From: Enoplolaimus lenunculus
Taxonomy: Eukaryota
Direction: 5' to 3'
NCBI GenBank assembly: GCA_030248215.1
Contig: JASANG010001881.1
Location: 496,001-560,000, forward strand
Length of the DNA: 64,000 nucleotides
The translations under genes and the position numbers were made by a program. How positions within the stretch are numbered: the stretch's first letter is position 1; every line of letters begins with the position of its first letter. The notes beneath the pieces were generated by a model that did not search any database, was not told the DNA's origin, and was given only the letters and a program-made list of their open reading frames with translations. Shown one piece after another: positions 1-13,387 of this stretch.

Positions 1-162
1 GACAGGCGAAGTATTTTGACTTTAAAAGTATTTCATTTTAGCAAAATTTTCAAAAAATTCATTTCAGCTTGTATTTATTACTAATTTGAGAATTTTTTCA
101 CGTATTTCAGTAAATATTCGTTTTTCGTTTCCGATATTTTCACTGCGCAGTCCGATGCTTAC

Positions 163-587
163 CGAGCAGTGTTCCACCAAACAAAATCGGTGTTGCGTTG
201 AATTGAAGTAAAAAATTACGAAAATACACCAGTCGTTCAAACTGTTCATCGTTGATGACATTTTCAACAGTCGATCCGTAGTGAGATTTCATCGCAGTAG
301 CAAGCGATTCATTGCAGGGTATAAAATTTGAATTTTTTGATATTTTTAAAAATTGTTCAATATTTGTCGGCAAAATTAAAGGAAATGTTGTTGTTGTTGT
401 TGTTGTTTTGGAAACAACTGTCGGAAATGAAAACTTTGTCAAAGAGGCTTCCAATAAACTACGCAGATGTTCAGTGTAGCTTGAATTTGGAGCAACTGAT
501 GGTTGTGGTTGTTGCTGGTGGCGATCGTAGTTCGTGTACTGTAACCGTTGATCGGATATGTTGACTGAGACGACTGTGGTCCCAAAA
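163..587 (-). CDS. Fukutin/LicD-family protein, exon ending in the LicD nucleotidyltransferase-like motif. The gene continues beyond the window start.
   Basis: Acceptor tttcag| is phase 2, matching the previous exon. Encodes ...ILPTNIEQFLKISKNSNFIPC...ERLVYFRNFLLQFNATPILFGGTLLG, ending at donor G|gtaagc (162). GGTLLG(WYR) is the hallmark start of fukutin/LicD domains. Confidence 0.8.
386..407. repeat. (GTT)n microsatellite inside the exon, encoding a poly-Thr run on the minus strand
   Basis: tgttgttgttgttgttgttgtt, translated as KTTTTTTTF. Confidence 0.85.
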
Positions 588-1038
588 CTGAAATAATTAA
601 AAATTTGTCAGTCTTTTGACTTATAATTTAATAACATTTGTGAACATAAAAAAATATGGTTTAGTGTGGGGTTAAGCTTATATACTTCATGTTTACAGTT
701 AAATTTTGAAAATTTTCGCTAAAACTTTTTGAATCCAAATGAGTAAATGTAGGCTTTGAAAATAGATTTTGTTAAATGTTGTATTTGAACGTGGAATGAT
801 TTGAGGAGCTGTTGATGTGAACCCAGAAATGTCCCGGAGGGCACTTTCAGTTTGCATCAGCCAATGATTTGTTTTCAATTCAAATTTGATTAACAAATAT
901 GCCTTAATTTGCAAAAATATCCAATCAAATTACAGTTTTTCCCGTTGCGATATCGAATGAAATCCGTCGAAAAATTAATTAATTCCAAAAACAGTTCACT
1001 TTTCACCGACAGAATATGGATTCAGAACTGAGACTTAC

Positions 1039-1229
1039 GGCAAAAACGCAGTTGGTCGGATTGCTATTTGCTCGTTTGGCAAATTGCAACGATGAAAGAA
1101 CCAATAATGCTGGCGTAATTCCATTTGAATAACGACCAACTGGACGTGGTTGTAAGCGCTGATTGGATGAAACACTACGCATGTTAACCCTTCCGTTGAT
1201 TGGTGCGTCCAATGTGACGGTAACAACGG
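1039..1229 (-). CDS. Fukutin/LicD-family protein, internal exon
   Basis: Acceptor gtttttatag|CCG (phase 0). Encodes PLLPSHWTHQ...HVQLVVIQMELRQHYWFFHRC...TAFL. Donor CC|gtaagt at 1038 is phase 2. Confidence 0.8.
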
Positions 1230-1637
1230 CTATAAAAACAACAAAAACAAACATACCAACATAACGTCATTCACCATAATTACAAATCGACTCAATAGAC
1301 TCGTTCAGCTCATTCCTTATATTCCAAAGTTCAATTTGTCCAGTTAAGCATAGTCCTAATCTCAACGCAAACCCTGTAACCTGTACAGCAATCACTCAGA
1401 CCATCCTTTAAACTTATCATCGTAACACTCATTGAAATTCCAACTGTCGGTTTAAACCGTATGCTTAAGGTTAAACCTAAGCCTAAACGGTAATATTCAT
1501 ACTGAACCGCAAGGTTGTATCTAAAGTTGATCCTAAGCGGAGACCTCGAGCTTAAGCCTAAACTGTAAACCTAAATCTATTCTGTACTCAGGAGCCTAAC
1601 GCTAAGCTATTAACAAATTAACCGTACCAAAACGAAC

Positions 1638-2587
1638 CTTTACCACCGACACAAAACTGGTCATATTTTCGCGAGCAAATGTCAAACTTCGTAACGGCAG
1701 TTGAACTTGAGGCAGTTGAGTTTTGATTTCGGCCAGTGTTAAATTCCGTTGCCACAATTGGATCACTCGCAACACGACGGGATCAACCAATAAACCATGA
1801 AATCCGTTTGGGATTGCAGCCAAAACGCGCCACAAATCATCAGAAAATATCGTTGAAATTAGTCCTGTTGTTATCATCAATGGTTCTTTTGAAGTGTTGC
1901 CGATTTCAACGATCGGCGGCGTCTTCAATCTTTCTAATGTATTGCTTTTGTGGGTTTCATTTCTTTGAAGTCCGCCGACACCAGTTTCGTTCGTCCAATT
2001 TTGATCTTTGTCAAACGTTTTACTCATTTTGACCGTATCCAGTTGATCCGTGCTGACTATATCCGGTTGTGTCAACGTTTCGTCCATTTTGCTTGCATCC
2101 GATTGTTCTGAGATCATATCCGGATTTATTGTATCCGGCTGTTTCAAAGTTTTCTCTGTTTTGACTGTATCCGGTTGATACATAATTGTTGTATCATATT
2201 CCAACAAAGCTGTCTTCATTTTGCTTGCATCCAGTTGCCCGGATGCCACATCTGCATTTACTGCATTTGGCTGCGATACAGATTCTTCTGTTCTGACAGT
2301 ATCCGGCTTAGTCGTATCTCGTCGCAACGAATCAATCAATTCTTTAATATCAGGTTCCGCCAGCATTTGGTCTGATTTGTTTGTATCCGGTTGATCTGAA
2401 GATGAATCTAATTTGGCCACATCCGGTCGAGATGGTTGTGTCGACTTCAAAGGGGTTTTTCCGTCGAACGTAGGCGGTGTTGTACGAGCATACTTAGTTC
2501 CGTATCGAAGCGAAGGACTTGTCAGAAGAAAGAAAAGTATGATTGAGCAAATCGTACAAACAAACAAGTTACGTGCGTATGAAAAAC
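1638..2587 (-). CDS. Fukutin/LicD-family protein, first visible coding exon (N-terminal TM helix, QPDT repeat stem). The start-codon exon was not located.
   Basis: Acceptor tttcag| at 2593-2588. The open frame reads (G)FSYARNLFVCTICSIILFFLLTSPSL (signal-anchor-like), then ~12-aa QPD/QLD repeats, then ...LLVDPVVLRV...SFVSVVK. Donor AAG|gttcgt at 1637 is phase 0 and matches the next exon. Confidence 0.75.
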
Positions 2588-2605
2588 CTGAAATTCAAAC
2601 ATTAA

Positions 2606-2682
2606 TAAGGGTTGCGCTATAATCGCTGCGTGCCGCCAGCACCCGACGGCGTGCGGTTCAGTAAACTATAGCGCAACCCTTA
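2606..2682. mobile_element. Tiny MITE or hairpin with a perfect 16-bp inverted repeat (PIF/Harbinger-like TAA/TTA ends)
   Basis: TAAGGGTTGCGCTATA (2606-2621) and TATAGCGCAACCCTTA (2667-2682). Confidence 0.6.
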
Positions 2683-5600
2683 AACTGTAAATAATCAAAT
2701 GGAAAATTTTGTGAAAATTTAAACATTTTCTCAGTGCTGCCAAATGTTTTAAAATGAATCGCGGAATTTTGATATAAACCTGGCCACCACTGACTCTTTA
2801 GAAAAATAATTACATAAATCAAGAATTTTGTTAATTTTCCTGAGTGGCCCCAAATTCCGACTGGTCTATTGGCAACTTGGCCAACGGGTGCGTAGTGCCA
2901 AACATCGGCTGACTCGTTAGGAATTTGGCCAGCGGGTCCATATTGCCAAATTCCAGGCCAATTACATTACGCTGGATGTATCAAGCGATTTATTTGTAAT
3001 CAGCAGTCGCTGTGACAACTGATCCAGTGGCATGCCGCACCAGTGGCGGATCCACAAATTTGTAAAAGGGACGTGCCAGATGCAATATTGAAAATAAAAC
3101 ACGCGAGCGAGAACCCAAAAGCCATTTTAGACCTGAACATTAATACAAAACCCTGGCTGTGATCCCTGTTAATAGGACCCCTAAGCCGAAATGTCTCTTA
3201 TGGACGGCGATGATGCGAGTGACGTTGAGGGCCCTGGCTAAGACATATATAAATGACAGCTTATTTGTTACCATTGCTTCCGTGATACGAGGCACGCAAA
3301 ATGTTAAATTGTGACTGCACAAAGCCACCATCAAACGCCAGATTTAAAATAATTTGCAATGATTTTTCGATAAACCATTCCTAATATATACCAGTCGCAT
3401 TACAACCATTTTATTCCGTGGTAGCTCGACTGCTACGAGCACAGAGTTCGAACTGTTTTCATGTCGCCCAGTATTTCTGATGGAACGATATCCTCGGTGT
3501 GGATACTTCCCTGTCACAGAGGCTGGAGATGGTCCTGAAGCCTGACCCCGGCATTATACTTGATTTGCCGGTGTAATTCGTCAAACTTTTTGATAGAATT
3601 TTTTCTTAAAAAATCGAAATTTTAAAAAATTCAAATTTAGTCGTGGAATAATCAGGGAAGGTCATGAGACGTTCAAATATGCAAAAAGTTTCAAAATCGA
3701 ACCATTTTTGAGTAAACGCGGGCTGGGGGAATAACAGAAAAGACACATATGTTGTTTGACCCATGTTGATTACAGATGTCTTCTGACTATTAAGCCAAAA
3801 CCTAAACCCAAGCCTAAACCAAAGCGTAAGCTTAAACTGCCTATTATTTTTTGTTTAGGCTCCTTTAAGCTTGCCAGCATCGAATATCCCAGTGAACCGT
3901 CTCGTATAATGAACATGGGCCAATTACGCAATGGTCAAATTTTCACGACGGAATTGAATCGCTTTAGAATACTGCGTTGCGAATATTAATATATTGGATA
4001 ACTCGAAAATATTTATGTTTGTTAATAACTAAGCATTTCAGGTGGTAAGAGAATAAACCCTCAAATCCAGGATGACGCGCCGTTTTAAAATCAAAACAGG
4101 TTCTGTTGGGTAAACGTCCCTCCCCGTTGGTCTTTGCCCAAAACCCTCCTATTTCACAAAAACATACGTTTATACTGAATTACAATAATGTACTGTTTGG
4201 TTGATTTTTTTCATTTTTACTTCAGTATGAAAAGCGTAAGCTTCTCGAATGCGAAACATGGTGAGTCAAATTGACGCTCTCCGAAATAGACTTTTCAGAA
4301 CTACACAAACTGAGTCAAATTCGACTCGTGTAGTCCCGAAAAGCCTATTTCGAAAAGAGTCAATTGGACTCAGCATTTTTTGCAGTGCTGACTTGTTTGC
4401 AAATGCAATCGAAGCAAAAATGACAAATATAATCAGTTGTAAAATTTTGTTTTATATTCCAGATCAAAACCATCAATATCAAGCACCTGGTTGGTTGATA
4501 CCGGATGCCGATGCCGATGTCAGGTTTTCGCCGGGTATTAAACCGGAACCGGATATCTGATCGCACAATTTGAAAGCGGTTCACAACTTACTGATGCAAG
4601 CCGACAACGGTGCGCCACAACAAATGTCATCGAACCGGAACATTAATAGATGTACGATAGAATGTGGGTTTATTTCAATACAACTTTGCCAGATACGGTT
4701 ACTGTGGTACGTCGGTATTGTGGAATCAAATCTGGTAATCTGGTTCAAACAAATCAGGTCAAACTGACTCGTAGTATCTTAATCATGCGCTGTTGTTACA
4801 GATGAAGATTATATGAAAATTACACAAAATTTCTCAAAGGAATTTTCAGTAGGGTCAACCAAAATACAGCTGGAACGGCATTAAGTTGCTGTTATTTGGT
4901 AGGAAATACTATAGAATTAATATTTAAGATATATGTTACATTTTATATTTTATGGACGGTATATTAAGCTGTAAAAATATCATTATATGCGAGTGGCCAG
5001 ATTCGTAGCCAGAGAATCCTTAGCCAAATAGAGAAAAATTTCAACTTTTACTTTAAAAGTTTTAGCCTTGCTTGCAAAGTCATCTAAAACCCTAACATGT
5101 CTTTCCTAAATAAAAAATACCCAAGCATGTTGAGCTGGCTACGGACCTGATGTACGGCAGGATACGCAGTCAAACGGGACCAAACAAACTAATGATCAGG
5201 CAACGAATTTAGTATTATCCTTGTAACTTTATGCTTTTCACATCCCGTTCAGTTGAGTTGACAACTTGTTAAAGTGACATATTTGGTTAGTGGTTTTGTT
5301 GGAAAGATGAAAAACAAATCTCTAAAAACATGCTTAACGCACATTTTTCACGAGTTTTCCTATACGTAAAACAATATTTTGGTGTTGAAAATTATTTTAA
5401 ATTCCGGTTCCTGTTCCTGTTACTGCAAAAAAGTTAAATTCGTGTTCCTCTGCCTGTTCCGACAAAATTTAATTCCTGTTGGAACATTGATATATTATAT
5501 ATTATATAAATATATATAGGTATACATATTATGTATATTATAATTACCTATATATTATATTTCAGCACTGGAACAAGTGCCAAATCAACAGCAAAAGCTA

Positions 5601-6052
5601 CAAATGCCAGTGCAAACCGCAATGTCAAGCTACTGGTTAACGGGGTTGGAATATGTGCAGGGTAAGCGTAGCAGCGAATGCAATACCTTTATACGCATAT
5701 ACACATATAGGAAGTTATTGCAATCGACTACATGCGGTGTGCAAGCGGAATTCCGGTTCCGGTATTTTTGTGCCTTCCGGTTCCTCTCAATTTTTTTACT
5801 AGAATTAAAAATTTCGGTATTAAAACTTGGTCGATGGAAAGTGGAAATTAAACATTTTACTAAAAGTAAACACTATCGAACAACGATTTCTAATTAAATA
5901 CCCATCTTCAACTAAGATTATTTCACCGATAATATTGCAAAAAGAAAATTAAAATGATTTTTCCGTGGCACGTATTTTTTAACTTTCCGGTTCCGGTTCA
6001 GGTAATTTTTTCAAATTCCGGTTTCAATGAATTATAATTCCGTTAACACCCT

Positions 6053-6215
6053 GGTCATACGGTGTAGTGATAGCATGCTTGACTTGACTGCAAGACTGCC
6101 GAGGTACAGTTCCTGGTTTAGTCCCAAACTTCCGGTAGGACTTCTAAAAAGGGCCGTGTTGACCATATTGTTCTAACACATCAAAGGCGGTCTCGATATA
6201 TTCCTGGGCCAAACA
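6053..6215 (+). mobile_element. Possible degenerate tRNA-derived SINE
   Basis: A-box-like CGGTGTAGTGATAGCATG, then a degenerate B-box-like GGTACAGTTCCTGG, followed by an unrelated body. Confidence 0.3.
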
Positions 6216-8420
6216 GAATTTTAAATTAATATGCTTTGTCTACAACAGAACGAGTGCATTAATCTAATGCCCCCCTTAAATTTGTTGCGCACTCCACGCA
6301 TCCAAGAACGCTGTCTTTTGACCTTTAATATAGCGACTGTTGCAAAAATGCCTGTAAGCGTACAGATTTCAATTAATATACCGGAAAATGAAATATTATT
6401 CTGTATCAAGAATTCATTTAAGTAGAAATAGCATAGAACCCATCGCTTAAAGACTTAAACTATTGTTTGAAAACATAATCACCGTCACATATGGCACGGT
6501 CTGGTTTGGTTTGTTACTTTCGGCAAAATAAAATTACATAGCTAGTAAATATAATGGTCCAAACACTTGCGGATAAACATGACGGCGGGTGGGCGTACGC
6601 CGCCCCTCCGTTAAAATTTTTTTGCGATAAAATGCTAAGGTCTTTACAGTACAGTTTTCCCCTCAGAAATTTTTTTGTAAAAACACAATGTTTCCATAAT
6701 GATTTTCTGTAATAAAATGCTAATGGGCCTACCCCTTAAAGCTTTTGCACTTCATAAACATTTGCCGGCTCGCCCCACCGTCGCAAATTTTTGGATCTGT
6801 CTCTAATGACTACTAGGTTTCAGATTGGGGTCAACCGGCACTTTGCCCCGCCTAGGACCGGTTTGGGCAAAGAATAATATAAACTGTATGTTGGGGAAAT
6901 GAAGTTTTACTTTCAATCACTTTATCATCACCGCTGAGTGGACAGCGAAGGTATTAAAGGCCGGCATTTATTGGCTCCGGTCTTATGTGTGCCTTGTTCC
7001 CACGTCATATTTAAAAAGCTATTTATCTAACAAAACGCAGGCTTCTGATGAACAATTAGACTAAAATATTATATATAAATCATTATAAGGTTATATAACT
7101 AGTTCCCATGTTCGCAATTGTTAAATATTATATTTTGTAAAACCGCCCGTGGCATTGAAACCATTTTTGCTTCCAGCAACCGGAAACAGACCCGGAAGTT
7201 ATCATTTTATACGCTTTGACAGGTCAGATTTAACTGTCGCTATGCTTCGCTAAACAAGCAGACGAACAAATTTTCAGGATTTCATTTCTGAAAGGAATTA
7301 GCGGTGGCTAAGAAGCTGGAGACGAGTGGCGCTGTATATGCTTGTCGTGCGGCACAATGTGATGCTTAAATTGTTGCATATCCGGTGTCGTACGGCAATG
7401 GACGTACGTTGCCCGTACGGTGCCGGATGGCGTTGAAATGGTCAAAGGCAAAGCACCATCCTAACGGTGGCGCTATATTTTTTATAGGGACGTGTCGATA
7501 CCAAAATTTTTGCCGAAACCGATTTCTGTTTTAATATACGATGCTTAAAGAACAGGATACAACATTACATCATTATAAATACGAAGGCTTAAACACTTAC
7601 AATCATAAAAGATTATAATTTTATAAGAACGGTTCATTTCGATTAATTTTTTCAAACACAAACGCGAGAGAAATAACAGTTTCCTGAATCAGACGAGCCG
7701 ATGTACGCCAAGCATTAAAATTGATAGCGTTCCAACTCGCAGTTATGTGCAAAAAGTATTGGCAATTTTTTCGCAGCGCCGATTCCGATTGGCCGATGCT
7801 AACGAAAAGTGTTTATTATTACAGGTACCAATGCAGATTAATCGGCACATCCTTAGTTTTTAAAAATTTTAACGTCATCCGAATCCGTTCGTCGTTGCAT
7901 GTGACGTCACCGTTTGTCATGCGTCGTCATACGTCATCTTGCGTCATCGTACGAGTATTATTTGCGTACGCACTGCGACGGACGGCGCGGCACAACAGCA
8001 CCACCCAGAACTTTACAGCCTGTACCCTACAACGGAATTTTGGGGGGAATAGGCTAATTTGCTCCGGCACTGGGTACAAATAGGCACCCGGCACAAGACA
8101 TATAAATATAACGTAGCTATGACAAAACCGTATTCTAACCAGCGGTATATTTATTAAAATTACCTCTGAACCCGGACAACCTACGTACATATACGTAAAG
8201 AGATGTGTGTCACATTATATATTATTAATCAACGCATTTCTCACCTCAGTTACGTCTGGCAAACTGAACCTAAAGTCTCTATACTTTGCTGGTTATCGTT
8301 TGATAACCAGTAAAACAACTAAAGACTACACGAAAAGCATGCAAAATAAAGTATATTACGTCAATTATGATAAGGAGGTATATATTTGAATCAGGATGGT
8401 AAGGTTATCTAAACTACGGA

Positions 8421-8714
8421 CAGGGTACAAACCGGGGCCGCATCAGATCTTGCACCATCCTTTGGACCTACTGACATTAGATAAAACCATTTAGTGTCAG
8501 CAATAGTTTGCGTTTTCTTGCTGTTTGAGTTGGACCGGATACCTAAACAAACCGGAACCGGATATTTAAGTGCATACATATTGCAATGAAAAGTTAAACA
8601 CATATAATTATCCCAGTACTACTTGGTGGCATGTATTTGTCATTTTCCGGTTCCGTTTCCGGTAGATTTTTTCAAATTCCGGTTCCGGTAAATTGTAATT
8701 CCGGTTGCACCCTG
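8421..8714. mobile_element. hAT-like MITE (CAGGGT...ACCCTG family)
   Basis: CAGGGTACAAACCGG ... CCGGTTGCACCCTG with internal TTCCGG repeats. Same termini as 37419-37747. Confidence 0.6.
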
Positions 8715-9415
8715 CTTTGTATAATTTGTTACATGCAATTTTGTATCTGCAATATTCTGAGTTTATTTACTGGGCTTCTTGAAGTAATTTTTATCATTTT
8801 GAACAAAATTCACAGCGAAAAATTGTGATTTTTGCCCGAAAAGTATAATATAAAGTTATATCATACTTTCCAACAACATATATCCTGCAATGTAGAATAC
8901 CACAGCCGGATGTCGTTTTTTGATGGAGCCGGATATCCGGTTGTATCCTGCTTGCTTTAAATAATATAACTTCGGATACACGTGGACATTGAACCGCATT
9001 CATAAACAATGAACCGCCTGTATCCAAGGCTGTAAACCAGAGGTCGTGGATGGGACCACGCCCTCCATCCTGACTTTCGAAACGTTTTTTGGTGTTAATT
9101 ATTAATTGTTAGCTGAAAGAAAATGACTCACATAATATAATTGATTACATCCCCTATGTAAGCCAAAATCATAGCTATACCCATATTTTCAGGTTAAAAC
9201 GCAAGTCTTATTCAGTAATTACGATCCTGTTAATTTAAAAACAGTATGGAATGAGCACAAATTTTACCATTTTACCAGTTTATTGAGTAAATAAACATAT
9301 GAAAGCTGCAACGACAGACCTTAAAGATTTGAAGTATCCGGTTACCAAAAAACAAACAAACATATGCATTATTCGTGTGTGGCAGGTAAAAACGTTATAT
9401 ATATACATATACGTA

Positions 9416-9977
9416 TATATGTCGGAGCTCAAGCCGTAAGTCAGCCCAATTACGAATTGAGCTAGTCCTGGGCAGAATTGCAGCTCGGGCTTGTCCAGGG
9501 CAAAATTACAGCTTGGGCTTGTCCAGGACATAATTACAGCTTGGGCTTGTCCAGGGTAGAATTACGGCTTGGGCTTGTCCAGGGTGGAATTATGAATACA
9601 ACATGGGCTAGTCCAGGGCGGAATTACGACTTGAGCTAGCTCACGGCGTAATTCTTTCTTTAAGGGAATGAGGAATATTTTCTGGCGTCTTTGATTCATT
9701 AGATTAAAAGGTTTACCTTAATGCTATACTCAAATACGATTAGCTGACGCAAACTCTTTTCTAATTGGCTAAATGATCGGTACCTGTTACCTATCAAACA
9801 GTTTGTTTTACTAAACAAGATGGAATCAAGCTGAGCTACGACTATCAAGCAACCAATCAGAAAGCGTGCAGCTTTTGTCAGGCACAATTCCGCCTTGGGC
9901 TAGCCCTAGTTGTAATTCAGTTTTTGACTAGCCCAATTCGGAATTGGACTGAATTACGACTTGGGCTGCGACATATA
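9416..9977. mobile_element. TIR element with ~50-bp TIRs and an internal 28-bp tandem array, in a TA-rich site
   Basis: Left end TATATGTCGGAGCTCAAGCCGTAAGTCAGCCCAATTACGAATTGAGCTAGTC versus reverse complement of the right end TATATGTCGCAGCCCAAGTCGTAATTCAGTCCAATTCCGAATTGGGCTAGTC. About 6-7 copies of gaattacagcttgggcttgtccagggca at ~9450-9650. Confidence 0.7.
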
Positions 9978-10380
9978 CAAACGTATTCGAATTAAATTCA
10001 TTTATGATCGTCTCAATTTCAATTCAAAAATCTTTGACGAAGAATTAATTTTCAAATTTTTAATTGGTCATTCCATTTCACAGTTTTGGCTCCGGTTTAA
10101 AAATCTACCCAGATTCAAAAAACGAAACCGAAACATGACCATCGCCACATGACCAACGAGCAGGGCCGGAGCAGCCACCTCTCATACAAACATTTGGATG
10201 TGACCCACCCTAAACAAGATTATAAACAAAATATTTGAGAAATATTTAGATCATCGCAAGGGGCATCCCACCTCGGAATTTTTGGAGGCCCCCACCGTAG
10301 CCCGCTCTGACACTGCCAACGAACCAAAATTAATGTTCATAAGCCAGCCGTAGATAAAACAGAATTGTTCTAAAAATTTC

Positions 10381-10575
10381 GGCCAATGTAAAAAACAGAG
10401 GCGGAACAGTATTATAACCAAATTTTTAAGCCTAAGCCTAAGACTAAACCTCAGCGTAAGAATGAGCATATTCTTAAGCCTAAGCCTAATATAAGCAAAA
10501 AGTTAGTCAAAAGCTTAAGTGTACTCTTTTCCAGTCTTACACAAAAATGTTCCGCCCCTGATCTTTACATGGGCC
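10381..10575. mobile_element. Telomere-repeat MITE (family A)
   Basis: GGCCAATGTAAAAAACAGAGGCGGAAC ... GTTCCGCCCCTGATCTTTACATGGGCC with an internal (GCCTAA)n array. Confidence 0.8.
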
Positions 10576-11154
10576 AAAATGCCAAATTAATTCGCTTAAA
10601 AATAAAGTGCGAAAATATCCTGTTTTCGGTAGCTGCGTAGCGACGATTTGGGCTCCTGGCGGGCATAACTTCGCGTAAACGAAAATAAATACATTTTGAA
10701 GATCAACAGCGTTTTAAAGACTGTTAAAAGTGCTGTTTCTCGTCCATCAAGAAATCTCAGAAAAAGCCTCTATCCCCTGCCTGGTCGGCCGTTGTCTGTC
10801 CGTTGAAGAATATTTCAAAAGGCAAACATTCTGCCTGCCAGATGTTGTAAGCGTTTCCCGGTACACGTCTAAACACTGCCGTTTGTATGCGTATTATGTA
10901 AATTTAATGTTGTTACATTTTATTCATTCTGAAACGCATTTACACCCACATGCGAAACCTAACCATAAATCATATTCTGGTATTTTTGACCAGAACCAGT
11001 TCGTCACGTATACTCACACCACCGTCAGGTTTGACGTAAAAACTTTGTTAAATTCAAGAAAAAACATTAACGGGCATATGGCAATTAAAACAAACCAGAT
11101 TTGGAGCAAGTCAATTGTGCACAAAACAATACAAAAAAAGGATGTTGGGCCTAA

Positions 11155-11390
11155 TAATGAGTTAATTAATCAACTCCGATAGACAATTAGCTATGTCGGG
11201 GTGTTCTTGAGTAACAGTAAATATTAACTCACTCTGAGGTGATTTAATTCCGAGTGAGTTGATTAAGTAATTTAGAATGAGTTCATTCAATTCAGAATTG
11301 TGAATTCTGAAAGACATAAATTCAGAGCTCAGACTTTTAAGTGCATTCAACTCATTCTGAGTTAAAATCAATTCACTTGAGTTTACAGTG
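11155..11390. mobile_element. CACTG-terminated MITE family, left-truncated copy
   Basis: Right end ...AATCAATTCACTTGAGTTTACAGTG and GAGTT/AACTC-rich body shared with the copies at 32308, 40534 and 41925. Confidence 0.65.
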
Positions 11391-12250
11391 CAAAAATGAG
11401 CCGAATAACAGGGGGAGTGCGCTCTGGACTGACAAAATGAATAACATCACCCCTCTTATTCAGGTCACTACAGTAATATATTTATAAATATTTTCACTTA
11501 CCATCCCTAGAGTCAATCTTATATCAACCTTAGAGCTGATTGGATAGCTAATATCTGAAATATTGCAAAATTACAGTTTGTCTTTTTGGCAAAGTGTAGT
11601 ACCAAATAATCAGAAAAATAGCTAACAACTTACCCGAGAGAGCTCAAATGTTAGAGCGACGATTAAATATAACATAGTCAGCCAGTTTTGTGCAATGCGC
11701 AAAAGTTAGCGAATACACAACAATCTGTATGCAAATTTTCTTTTCAAAGAAGAGTCACATTTCTGTTCTTAGAAATAACATGAACAAATTAATGATGGAA
11801 AGTTGTCGAAAATACGTATGTGGAGTATTCCAGCTTTAATATATAAATTTGGGCATTATGTAACAATTTACCAACCTCCGCCGGACAAGGAAACCAGCCC
11901 TCGGCCACGAGCTGTCGCATCAGCCACTCGGTGCCTTTCGCAAAATCTATTGTATCTGCCTTTGGGTACCTCGAATGTAAAATATAGTCAGTCTGCCCAC
12001 GAGCGATATATCACTCATTTCTGTACTTCAAGGACCATATAATACATATATTAGATGTATACGTGTGTTTGACGCAACACAGCATACGGTGAACAAGCCA
12101 GCCCACCACAAAACTGGCTCGTATCAAAACGCCAAAAAACAACCCAAATGATAAGTCTTCAAGTCACGTCGTCCTGATGAAATGCCATGAACGCGCCTAC
12201 CAAAAACAGAATATATTTCTGGCAAAATTTTTAAATGCAGAAGTAGGTTG

Positions 12251-12346
12251 CAGGGTTCCATCGGAATTCCGATTCCGGCTAAAATTCCGGCAAAATTTGA
12301 CTTTCGATTCCGATTCCGACAAAATTTAGTTCCGGTTGGAACCCTG
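12251..12346. mobile_element. Short hAT-like MITE (CAGGGT family)
   Basis: CAGGGTTCCATCGGAA ... TTCCGGTTGGAACCCTG. Confidence 0.6.
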
Positions 12347-12999
12347 ATTGAACACAGTTTAAAGCTTCTATAAATTTGGAAGTATTCTGTTTCACACAAA
12401 GCTCGCTTGCAAATATACTTTTACATGAGATTTATTTTATTCTGAAATGAAATTGTGGCTGATCGCCGTCAAACGAAACTAACGAAAATAGGACAACTGC
12501 AAGCAGACAAAGACGGATGCCAGGGGAATGTTCCAGAGGACGCAACGTTTAAACTTCAGGCAATCCTGATAACAAAATAGATATTTGAAGAGGATTTGAA
12601 TTAACTGGTTGCTCATGTTCCTAATCGGGTTACGCAGGCAAATATTGAAGGCAGGAACATCGCGGGAAGCTTGGAAATTGTAAAGTGTAGCGGACTTATT
12701 AGACATTCAAAAGAAGTTAAGCATAAAAAAATTGCGGCCGTAATCCTGATGTACTAAATATATGTCGCAGGTCAATCTGCTATTCAGGTTAATTAGTAAT
12801 TAGCCTAGGACAATGTGCTATTCAGAACAAATAGCAGTTTGGCCTTGGCCAATTAGTAATGAGATGTAGCGAAAACAACACAGCGCAACTTTCACATTAA
12901 ATGTTTTAAATTCAAACACGACACTTTAGTTTGGGTGGGGTTTAAGGGGTGTCAGCGACACCTCTATATTTTTCAGGAAGTGTCGTTGACACCTAGGAC

Positions 13000-13387
13000 C
13001 AATGGCTGATCCATGGGGCTGCCACCCCGGCCGTGGCCCCCCCAACAGCATCTCGACAAAAACTATATAGTGTCAATTGCTGTTCTACGCTGTTTATTTC
13101 TCTGTTTTATACACAATAGTATAAGCACGCTTTAAAGTTTTGAACTCACTTTATTTGGCCCTGGAGTCATTTATGCGCTACATTTAGGGATAATAGACAT
13201 TTATGGACTCTAAACAAGGGTTTATGGACTCTACCCATTACGAATTCTTATTAGGGATACGGACTCCTATCAATTGGGACTCAAAATGGGGACCCCCTCT
13301 TAGTTGGGTCACTACAGTATGGGTCAACAATAAGTTTATTACCTGTGAAATTTTGCCCCCCATTTTGAGATCCTGGATCCGCCACTG
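13000..13387. mobile_element. hAT-like MITE (CAGTGGCGGATCC family) containing a nested ~200-bp fragment of another element
   Basis: CAATGGCTGATCC ... GGATCCGCCACTG, flanked by cctaggac/cccaggac (8-bp TSD, 7/8). The sibling at 35380 lacks ~13120-13318, which matches the reverse complement of ~31710-31905. Confidence 0.75.

Noticed and set aside
1003..1254. 83-aa ORF as the coding frame of this exon
   Set aside because: Splice phases on both sides fit the other frame (1229-1039).
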